Assembly (NCBI GenBank): GCA_002633005.1
Contig: NMRA01000461.1
Location: 62,001 to 126,000, forward strand
Length of the DNA stretch: 64,000 nt
Source: Phoronis australis
Lineage: Eukaryota > Animalia > Phoronida
Direction: 5' to 3'
In this document: piece after piece, positions 26,694-37,646 of the stretch
Layout: each line of letters opens with the position of its first letter
How positions within the stretch are numbered: the first letter of the stretch is position 1
Program-made: the position numbers and the translations under genes
The notes under the pieces: model-generated
The model's database searches: none
Told to the model about the DNA's origin: nothing
Seen by the model: the letters and a program-made list of their open reading frames with translations, nothing else

Positions 26694-26870
26694 TAGCACA
26701 TTCAAGTGGTACTCCAGTCCAGTTACCATCAGCATCGCAGGAACGTATTCGGTTACCACCAGATTGCTGATATCCAGTGTAGCAAAAGTATTGGGCTGTT
26801 CCTTCATAAAGATCCGAGCTAACTTCAACAGTGCTTTTGGGGTTGTTGCCTGGCTTTCCGCATTTTTTCC
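26694..26870 (-). CDS. Sushi/CCP exon 3
   Basis: 177 nt, phase 1-1. KKCGKPGNNPKSTVEVSSDLYEGTAQYFCYTGYQQSGGNRIRSCDADGNWTGVPLECA. Confidence 0.92.
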
Positions 26871-28332
26871 CTATAATTTTCAATGGTAGTATGAAGTATA
26901 ATTAGATAAATCAGACAGAACGGCCATAATTAAGACATGCTTCTAATAAAATTTATTCAGTACGTTAATTGACCAGGGAGTCGTTGATTGATTTGCCTTG
27001 GTTTGGAGACTGGTAGAGATATTCAACCAGAAGTTTTTGAAATCCTCAGCAATTTTCCCTTTTCCTAAAACAACAAAAAAGCGTCCCTCCCATTGGAAGA
27101 AACATCGAGCATGTTTGGCAAAATCACTCAAACATTCCAAAATTTCCATGTAGTATATTTTCAACATTGGATAAATTCGTGTGGTTAGGGAGCTGAGGGG
27201 CTGAGGTACTGACTTGGGTTGAAAGACACTATTCACGTGCAAATCGTGTTTTACATCCATATATTAGATGCAAACCTATATAGTGAATTTTATCGATTGA
27301 TCTATTCAGCGAAACAACAGATACTTGTGTGGTAAAAAACCGTTCTTGTTAAGGTGGGAACACATGGAATTGTACGTGGGTGCGTTTCTGCAAATTTGTT
27401 TCAATGTTAACGAGATTTGGTTGTTAAGTAGTGACGAGAAATGGAGTCACATGACATTTAAAAATTGCAAGTCTTGGATTGTTTCTACGGGACAGTATAG
27501 CACTTGAGAGAATTTTAAAAAATACGTAGTAATTTTCGAAATATTTCAATACAACATCAACTGTGAAAACTTCAGCACGAATATGCGCGTCTAGGTTTAT
27601 AGTCTGAGACCCGATTTGTCCAAAGGTACGAAAGTCCGAGTCAATCCAAATCCTTGTCTATTCGGGCTAAAACCGGAATGTGGATTATCGTTTTTTATTT
27701 GTGCTTGCAATTTTATCAGGCAATGCTGGTTAGTCTGCAGCATTGGTAGTCCGAAGGAACGGCGGTGCGAGTGGCGACATTGTAAACCTGGGTAAAGTTT
27801 GCCAAGGTTATCCCTTTTCGTTAATAAGATAGCTAAATGCAGAACAATTTGCTTTGCCATAGGAAATCTTTTCTATGATGGATTTAAAAGATTTTAGTGA
27901 AAATGTTTCAGTTCATCTGATATATTTTGTTTGATACCAACTGCCGTTTTATCGGAAATTTCAGAAAAACTTCAAATGTGAGTATTTTTTTCTGAAAAAC
28001 CTCCCTCAAAAAGCGCGAACTTTGGAAACAATCTCTTGTTTACTACCAGACACAACTGCACACAGTATTAAGGGAAACAGAATTATATTCCAATGACGGT
28101 GAAAAAATGATTTGCAACTTATCAGAATAAAAAGACCAAGTTATTTGAGCAGTAGCATTCTTGAACCAACATTGCAAAAGCAAATTCAAAATAAAATGTG
28201 AAATTCACATACCGGGATAAAATGCATTATACATGTAGCTATCGAAATCTGACCAGTTGTTAAAAACACAAATTTAAAATTACATAAAGCTTTCCTTACA
28301 AAAAGCATTTCAGTCTCTATTCAGATACTTAC

Positions 28333-28509
28333 TTGTGCACTTAAGTGCTTCTCCCGACCATTTCTTACTAGCATTGCATGTACGTGTTATACTGCCACCA
28401 TATTGCGTGTATCCGGTGACGCAAGAGTAACTGGCTGTTCCTTTATAAACGTTCGACGTAGTTTCAACGCTGGTGTTGGGGTCAGTGTCTGGTTTACCGC
28501 AATTTACTC
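28333..28509 (-). CDS. Sushi/CCP exon 2
   Basis: 177 nt, phase 1-1. VNCGKPDTDPNTSVETTSNVYKGTASYSCVTGYTQYGGSITRTCNASKKWSGEALKCT. Confidence 0.92.
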
Positions 28510-29105
28510 CTGTGAATTGCAGTTAATATCATGTTTATTACGTGGAAAGTTCTGGAATTTGTTAACAACAAATTAACGTTATGACCGAATCGGTGCTAAT
28601 CTTAGAGGCAGTAAATCACAATTTTAGAATCATACACGGAAATGGAAACATATCACACGTATTATCAGAAAAAACAATTTCCAGCCAAAAACGTCCCTTT
28701 AAGGATTCTTTGCTGTGCAACAAAAGCGTTGGTTCACTGGCCGTACAATAATTGAATTGTGTTCTGAAATTGCATTAGGGTTGTCTTTACTTGATATACT
28801 ATTACAGTGTATTTGCTTTTCCGACTTCGAATCCAGCCTTCTGTAAATTCTCATGACTGTTCCGTCAACAGTGGTGCTTATCAGCATTGTCACAGGATAA
28901 TGCAGATCTCACATAAACAAATAAATGTGCTACAATATGAATGTTTCCATACAACTGCGGCATTATGCTGCCGCCAATTCAAAAATACGGTAACTGAAAC
29001 ACATGTAAGACATTAAAATATTGGTGGCACAACCACAGTTGAATTGACCTGCGTAAAAGTCACTAAACATTGGCGTTTGCTGGGTTATTTGTTGCGTGAG
29101 ATACC

Positions 29106-29260
29106 AGATTATTACATGTTCTCAGCCGTTATCCCCCGTTATCTAAAGCCCTCGTAGATTTTGGAGAATTATCACCATCGGGGCTAACGCCCCTCGGGCG
29201 ATATTTCTCCAAAATCCACTCGGGCTCTCGGGGGATAACGACTTCGCCATGTAATAATCT
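29106..29260. mobile_element. ~155-bp palindromic (hairpin) miniature element
   Basis: AGATTATTACATG...CATGTAATAATCT ends with inner pairing GATTTTGGAGAA/TTCTCCAAAATC around a central GGGCTAACGCCC. Confidence 0.7.
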
Positions 29261-32200
29261 ATATTTATACCGCAATATTAGCGTAGAATGGCAGATACAA
29301 CCGTGTAATAACCCATGAAGGTATCTCGCTAGCGAGATAACATTTTGGCGGGAAAACGAGGCCGGATTCGAACACTGGCCTCAAGAATTGCGAGTCGCCG
29401 ACATTACCACTACACCACCCAGCGGCTGACGTCATCGAACGTGAAAATAGAATGCTTAAATGAGCACGCGCAACAATCGCATGTTCAGCAAAGGGCATTG
29501 TACCGATCTACCTTTCTCGACTGGCCTCGGCTTTGCAACTACTTTTTATGTCAGAGGCCCGGGATCGGAGGTGTTAACCTTTTAAGAAAAGCCTAGCTAT
29601 GTTTTTCAAATAATGATTTTACTCATAACCAATTGAAAATTTAAACAAAATGGAAATAAAATGAATCTGTAAATTAAGGTTTAGCTACTACAACATGCAA
29701 GTGAAGATCTTAATTGAAGTCAATTGTTATTGATACAAATTGGGACCAAACAGAAATGCAAAAACACCATTTAACTTATTTGACCCTATGATGGCACCTA
29801 TTTTGTTTTAAGGTGCTTAATTGTGGGGTACAACCCATTAAAAGAACTTGAAAGTGTTCTGCTTGCGTGTTATATTGCCTGGCTATCGAGTACAGCTATC
29901 AAGACAACAAATGTTTTGCAAAAGCTGAATGCGGACGTTTTGACTTGTGTGTGACATACATGTACAAACCCATTATCTGTTTGAAATTGTTGAAAGTGAA
30001 TGACGATAGATTGCTGTGGCAATGTTACATAGTTATGCCTGGCCATAATTTGAACGATCAAAAGAACTAGTGTACTTTAGTAAAATATGTATTATTCACA
30101 ACAAGCTAAGGCTATCGGATATGAATTTTCAGTTGTGGCCGTCTTCACTTGCAAATACGCCTAAATATTAATTTTTACCGTTCACTTAAATCTAAAGTAA
30201 CATGCCGATCTTTAAATCAAGTACTTGCAATATTAAAATTGAAGTGTTCCACGTTCGAATGAGTAGACGATAAAATATACCTCGACCATAAAAAATGTGA
30301 AGCTTCTAACTCGGTTAAAATTGGAACAGATATGCCCTTTTTAGTTGATTGTCCTGTCGTTGCTGACATATTGAAATAGTTATTGACATAATGTATTGTT
30401 AGGAATAAAGACGTTTAGGACCTTTTGGGTTCAGACATTGTGTATTATCGAAGAATTACAGCGTACTTCATTCAACAAGCAATGACAACTAGGAGCAAAT
30501 TATCATATGGCGAGATAATTCTGTTTGCATATCAATACATGTATGTTGGACTGTGCAAATGGCCCTATGAATTTTGAAATAAATTGTTCGTTGAGTTGTT
30601 GTTTGCTTGTTTGAAGGCTAAGAATGACGATGTTTTCTGAGCCTGTAAGGCGTGAAAATTTGCACACCAGTTTGCCGTTGACCCTTTTGTTACTCAGTTT
30701 TGGTTTTAAGTGGATAGTTGAAATTCAGCAGGAAACTCGAGCATTTTTCGGACACTTCAAATTTGTTAAGAATCTGTCTGGTTGACACCTGATTCCTGTA
30801 ATTTGAAGAGTTTTGGAAGTCTTAATGCAATTTCTCAAGGTAGGTAATGAATCTTGCATTTTTTGTAAGACGCGCCTAGGGGTTGCACTTATGCATTGTA
30901 CTTCTGCTTTTTGTATGTAGTAATAGCAAAAATGTGCATCCAGGACTATCCCTGCATACATATCAGGAGCCTCCTTTCCTTGATCACATTGAATTACCCA
31001 AGTTGTCAATGGTACATTCGTTACCCAATTTCCAAAAACGAAAACAAAACTCTGAATTCAAGTAATAGGCTGAATAGTTAATATAGCGGTTTTGCAATGT
31101 GCACGCTTATCACAGATGAAATAAGTTTTGAGTTTGTGCAAGCAGCCCATGTGTCTGCAATTTAGTCTTCAACTTACGTTTAATTTGCTTCAACTTATGG
31201 CTAATTGGTAACCTAGAATTTAAATGCAAGAACACATCTTATGTTTGATCTTGACATTATTAACTATTCTTGTTTGAAGCACAACGAACATTTGGTTTTG
31301 GTGGAGATTTCTGACGTCAGAGTACACGTTTCCTTGCAGGAAATTAGCTATCGACATGTGCTGGTTTTTTGCTGTAATCTGAAGTTAGTGATTTTTCGGT
31401 TTTAAGCAAGCTTATTTTACAAACTCATAATTTAAAAATATTCATACTGAAATTAAATTATTTAAAAATCACTAAAGAAGCTGTCATGGGCGGGCTAAGC
31501 AGAGCTTCGGAAATGGTTTGGTACTGTCTACGAAAAATCCGGATGTGTACAAAGGTCGTCTACGATGAATGTCAAAAAATAAACTTGATGGGTTTGAACA
31601 CTTGTGTTTGCAAATCGCCACAGGTAGTTTGATAAGATAACGTGAAAGAAGGTATTCAAATATTTGTTTGGTGCTGATTTCGTTAAGTTCCGTGCACATG
31701 TGAGTGAAAATTCTGAGCAAAACGATGTTCATAGCCTAACTTTATACTTTCTTGTGCAGTTTAATTTGTGACATCAGTGATGATCGAGGAACAGATAAAC
31801 TCAAAGTGTCTGATTTTTATTTGCCGGTTTCGCGTTTATATATTTGCTATATCTTGTTAACAACTACTGGTAATCTGCTGGTTATATAATTTTCCAAATA
31901 CGATTAGAAAAAATCAAAACTCTGCTTATATGGGAAACATGATGTAAAAGGTGGCCGAAAACAGTAGTTGTACACAGCAGCTCAGTGGTACATGTAAGAG
32001 TACTAGACCGGCAATCCAGAGGCCTGTGGATCGATTACCAGTTGGGGTGCCCGATTTTTCTGTTTTTATTTGATACGATAAACTATAGGTACATGTAAAC
32101 ATCATCATGTACATTTACTTGTAAATTTATGGTTATTGACTTGTCCAAATCTCGTGTGGAAAAGGAGAGAAGTCGCTCGTGTGATATGTGACATAACAGT

Positions 32201-32476
32201 TGGCTGCAAAAAGTAAGAACATTGTACACTAGTACCAGGTCCTCAGAGGCCCAGTGGAAAGTGTCCTGGACCAGCAATCTAGAGACCAGTCGGTCTATTT
32301 CCAATATCAGTTTCTGAATTTTCCGTAGTTTATTGGTATAGGGTTGTATAATTCCCTCAGAGTTTGTATGAACACCGGAGAACAATTTGTGAAAAAAGAA
32401 ACATGAAATGATATTTAGCAGTCGCCTTTTCAAGTTCCGGTTTGGGTTTATCAAGGATAGATAATAATTTGCTTAC

Positions 32477-32653
32477 CAGTACAAACCAGTGGTGATCCTG
32501 ACCATTTACCGTAAGCATCACACGTACGCGTTCCGTCACCAGCCAATCTTTCGTATCCTTCATCACAAGAATAACTCGATATTCCTTCATAAACTTCGGA
32601 TGTAGTGTTAACAGTTGAATTAGGGTTGACATCAGGCGGTCCACATACTTTCC
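32477..32653 (-). CDS. Sushi/CCP exon 1
   Basis: 177 nt, phase 1-1, cttttag and gtaagc sites. KVCGPPDVNPNSTVNTTSEVYEGISSYSCDEGYERLAGDGTRTCDAYGKWSGSPLVCT. Confidence 0.93.
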
Positions 32654-33063
32654 CTAAAAGTATTCAAGTTGCCAAGGTATTTAAAATGAGCCTTTAAGAT
32701 CACAAAATGTTGAGTTGAAACCTGATTTAAATAAAGTTTACTTGTTGATGTGACACCAAAACCGTTGCTCAGAATCTCCATGGCAGGATTGCTGAACTCT
32801 TTGTCTTATATTTTACGGATGGCATGTTAAGACATCGGTGCAGCATGTTGCGGAAGTGAGCACTTTCGGATATGCTGCACTTTGATATCACGAACAGCGT
32901 TCACCCTGCACAATTTCTATTTCCGGTATGCAATACGTGAGGAGATGACAGAGGTGACATGGGAATTCTTTCATTTATTGACCCTTGAAAATTACGAAAC
33001 GTATGTGTGATTCTTCTATACATGCTATGGCACAAAATGATAATATAACGTCAAATACAGGTA

Positions 33064-36000
33064 TTATTCTGCGCGTACAAGCGCAGAGAACGTTCCTGGG
33101 TTTTCTTCAATTTTAGTCTTATTCTTCTTATTACTCTGCGCGTGTATGCGCAGAGTACTGTAGTTCCTGGGTTTTCTTCTATTTTATCCTTATTCTCATT
33201 CTTATTCTTATTCTTCTTCCGACCAACTTCGAGGCTTAAAGGAGAATGCCACTCAAAAACAACCTATTTTGTTTCAATTTAGATCGAGTAGTTCTACTCG
33301 ATAACGGCATGTTCGGTTGCGTTACCTGACACCTGACGGCAGACGGACTTGTTGAAATTATCCAATGACGTAATTGGTTTCACACGCTGTCTGTTCAGAA
33401 ATTTACAACACGGGTTAGTGGTGTAAGCTTATTGCTTTAATTCATAGTTTAACACCAATAAATCATCAAACTTCGATATGAAGCCCTTAAAAATACATCG
33501 AGTTCTTTAAAAAAAACATGTTGTTCTATTTCGCTGTTACGGATGTACTGGTATATGGGTACACGCAGCCTACAAATGCCAATTTACCAAGATTCATAGC
33601 AGGAGTTTGGGGTGTGTCAGTAGGAGATAAAATCGAGGTATTCTTCCGTGAAATACAGACATGAGAACCTAGATCTGTGTTGTTTATACTTGTAATTTTG
33701 AACACACAAAACGCTTGTTATCCAAACCAGTGGCTCGGAACCCGATAAGGCCCGTCGCGGCCGGACTGACTCGTTATCCCGGGCACTGGCTCGGAAACCG
33801 ATCAGGCACGTTGCGGCCACCGGGACTGGCAAGAACATAAACCAGCTTGAGTTGGAAACTAAATCTCCAGTCACGAAATGACTATAATAGTGAGCCAAAG
33901 AAATTAGTTATGTGAAATAGCCACGAAGCTTAAAATCAACTTACTTGTCGGGGCCGAGCCGCGAAGTCGGGTTCCCCTTCCACAGACCGTCAGGGCAAAG
34001 GTTGTTCAGTAACAATGGTTTGAATAATGTATTTGTATTTCTAAATAAAGATTCCCCCACCATGTGACCATAGCATATAAAATCGAGTAATTGTTTCACA
34101 ACAGCTCTCTGTCAGCAAGCACTGAATAAGCGTGCGCGCACACGGCCTCGGTGCCTTTGCTGTCGGCATCAAAAGCCGATAACGCAGTGGTTTATTCATT
34201 GCTGGCTTCTCAAAACATTTACACTCACGAGCACTCCAAGGCACTACAAAACGTATCTAATGAGAAACTTAAGGCTTTGTTTCAGTTTCATATAAGCATT
34301 GGTTAGGATCATTTTAGGATGAGAATAATTCATTTTGAAACAGAATGCAGAATAATAAACGTCTACATGGTAACTCGTCCGGTGCCAATGCCGATTTAGT
34401 CAAGAGCTCATCCGACAAAAACTTCAGGGGTCGGACCGTTAGGTTTCACAGGCTATCAGTTCAAACCAGAATACACTGATCAAAAATACTAGAGAAGGGC
34501 CGTGAACATGCATAGGCAACGGAACGTATGGAGTTCTTTGCTGAGACTGAAGTCCTCAGAGAAATCACTGTCGACGAAATGCCGACCACAGACACGGAGA
34601 TGTTTCACGGCCTCATACTTGCTATTAATAGCATACCTTTCATTCTTCACTACCGCGAGCCATTTCCTAAGGATTTTGGAATCTCGAGGAAGTCGAAAAA
34701 ATATACACCCTCTTTCTTCGCAGCGTCATAGTTCGGACAAGTGGGAACCGATACACCGCAATATAGCGGCATTCACTCTGAAGACGAACCACTGACGTCA
34801 CTGCGTCGCATCTCACCTTCCTCACAGGTTAACGCAACACCTCTTGGCAAGGTGAGGTCGACCGTATAAGAGGCGACGTGGATATAGACCAATTAAGACG
34901 ATAAAAAGACTAATTAAATCGGGTGGCAGTCTCCTTTAATAACTCCAAATTGGGTGCAGCTACGTTCTTTAAATTCAGCAAATCATTTTTGACAAAAATA
35001 AATTTTGATTCGTTATATAATCATATTAAGTATTGCACCTGAAGAGCTCATTTGGTGCAGAGGTCATATATATTTTCAAAATGCTACTCCTTTTTTATTT
35101 TAAAAGCTATTCTTTTCAAATTCGGTACACTGGTTTAAGTCAATAAGGAGATTCAAAAAATTATTTTAATAAGTAATCGGGTCATCCAATCAGGTTAAAC
35201 AGGTCAAAGTTCATTAGGTGCAAACTAAGATTTTGAGCTAGACACTTTAAATTCACAGGTCTGATTGGCACAGGGTATTCAATTTGGAATCCAAAGTTTC
35301 AGGTTATCTAGTGTAAACATGGGGTCATTAGGTGCATTTTTCTTCTGAAAATTTGACCTTTTCATTCACCAAGTATTCTGATGTGTCAACTGTTAGACAA
35401 CTGTGATTCTCAGCATTAAACACATTTTTCATGGACTTTGCAATAAGTTTCCTTGCTTATAATGCACCGGATAGCGTAGATTAGTGCAAAGGTCATCTAA
35501 CGTTCAAACTGTTATATCTCACGTTTTTCAAGGAATTCTTTTCAGTTGTAGTACTCTGGGGCAAGTCAACATGCCAATTGAACACCCTACTTTACTACGC
35601 AATAGACCTAACCAATCAGAAAAATAGGTCAAAGGTTATCGAGTGCAAACTAAAATTTTGAGTTAGAGACTTCAAAATTACATATCTGTTTACTAAATGC
35701 GATTGAGTTTGAATTCTAAATTTTCAGGCCATTTGGTGCACCCATGGGGTCATTAGGTGCATTTTTCTTCTGAAAGTTTGACGAAATCATTCATGTTGTA
35801 ATCTGAAGTGCTTAAAGCAAAACATCTCTGATTCTTAGCATCAACCACACTTCTAATTGAGATGAGAATTTTTCCCTTATCGGAGCTCATAATGCACCGG
35901 AAGAGGTCAATTAGTGGAAAGGTAATCAAAATATTAACATGTAATTTCTCCTACAATTTTAAAGAAGTCCTTGTCATATTGTTAAAGGGGTTGCTGTCAA

Positions 36001-37646
36001 TAGCTCCCCATAACAATCCAGTAAGACGCACGCGCAGAGTCCATTGTTGTCACGCAGTGATAGTAATCTTTTAGTTATTCTTATTCTTTTTCCGACCAAC
36101 TTTGAGGCTCAATAACTCCAATTTGGGTGCAAGTACGTTCTTTAAATTCAGCATATGATTTTTGACAGTACATAAATTTTGATTCGTTATATAATTAAAT
36201 TCCACATTGCACCGGAAGAGGTCGTTTGGTGCAAAGGTCATATAATTTTCAAAATGCACTCCTCCTTCAGTTTTAAAGCTATCTTTTTCAAATTCGGAGC
36301 ACTGGTATAAGTCAACGTGACAATTTCAAAAAAATACTTTTCTAAGTAATCGAATCACCCATTCAGATTAAACAGGTCAAAGATCATTCAGTGCAAACTA
36401 AAATTTTGAGACAGACAATTCAAATTCACAAGTCTAATTGGTACCTCTAACTTAATTCGAAATAGAAAGTTTCAGGTCATTTAGTGCAACCATAGGGTCA
36501 TTAGGTGCATTTTTCTTCAGAAAATTGGTCCTTTTCATTCAAAAGCATTCTGATGTGTCAACCGGTAGACAACTGTGATTCTGAGCATTAAGCACACTTT
36601 TACGGGCTTTGCAAAAATTCTCTTAAAGATGCTTATAATTCACCGGATAGGGTAAATTAGTGCAAAGATCATCTACTTTTGAAAAGTTATTTCTCGTACA
36701 TTTTTCAAGCAATTCTCTTCAATTCCAACACATTGGTGTAAACCTACATGTACATGTCAATGAAATACCCTACTCTACAAAGCAATAGGACAATCCAATC
36801 AGAGAAAATAGGTCTAAGATAATTGAGTGCAAACTAAAATTATGAGCTAGACACTTCAAATTCACAAGTCTGATTGGTACGTCTAATTCAATTCGAAATA
36901 CAAAGTTGCAGGTTATTTAGTGCAACCATGGGGTCACTAGGTGTATTTTTCTTCTGAAATTTTGTCCTTTTCATTCACCAAGTATTCTGATGTGTGAACC
37001 GTTAGACAATTGTGATTCTCAGCGTTAAACACACTTTTCACGGGCTTTGCAATAATTCTCCTAAAGACGCTTATAATGCACCGGATAGGGTCAATTAGTG
37101 CAAAGGTCATGTAACGTTCAAAATGTAATATATCCTACATTTTTCAAGGAATAGTTCAGCACACTGGTCTAAGTCACGATGCCAACTGAACGCCCTACTT
37201 TAATACGCAATAGGCCTAACAAATCAGAAAAATTGGTCGAAGGTCATTGAGTACAAACTTAATGTTTAAGCTAGAGACTTCAAATTTACATATCTGTTGA
37301 GTAAATGCGATTGAGTTTGAATTCTAAATTATCAGGTCATTTGGTGCATTTTTCTTCTAAAAATTTGACCAATTCATTCATCATGTATTCTGAAGTGCTT
37401 AAAGTAAAACATCTGTGATTATTAGCATTATGCACACTTTTAATCGAGTTTACACTTATCCCCTCATCCGGGCTCATAATGCACCGAAAGAGGTCAATGT
37501 GTGGAAAGGTCATCAAAATATTAACATGTAATTTTCCCTACAATTTTAACGAATTTCTTTGAAATTGGTAAACGGGTTGCTGTCAGTAACTTCCCATGAA
37601 AATCCCTTTAATACGCACGCGCACAGTGACAATAATCTTTCTAGTT
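33064..37646 (+). mobile_element. Helentron-associated (HINE/DINE-1-like) non-autonomous element, head-to-tail dimer
   Basis: 5' subTIR ACTCTGCGCGTG (33133) with nearby inverted partner, TTCTTA microsatellite, ~420-bp central repeats, 3' subTIR CACGCGCAGAGT (36029-36040), then a hairpin and TAGTT. A second unit runs 36076-37646. Confidence 0.78.
33240..34935. mobile_element. Non-autonomous Kolobok-type DNA transposon nested in the HINE
   Basis: TTAA TSD at 33236-33239 and 34936-34939. TIR AGGAGAATGCCAC / GTGGCAGTCTCCT. The empty site is visible in HINE unit 2 (gaggctcaataactcc, near 36104). Confidence 0.85.

Larger units (their letters stand above)
24364..32433. repeat. Intragenic segmental duplication, copy B (copy A about 9233-24300)
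   Basis: 24364-28749 aligns to 9233-14511, with a deletion. 31673-31833 aligns to 17033-17181, 31833-32010 to 22680-22848, and 32005-32433 to 23885-24300. Confidence 0.9.
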
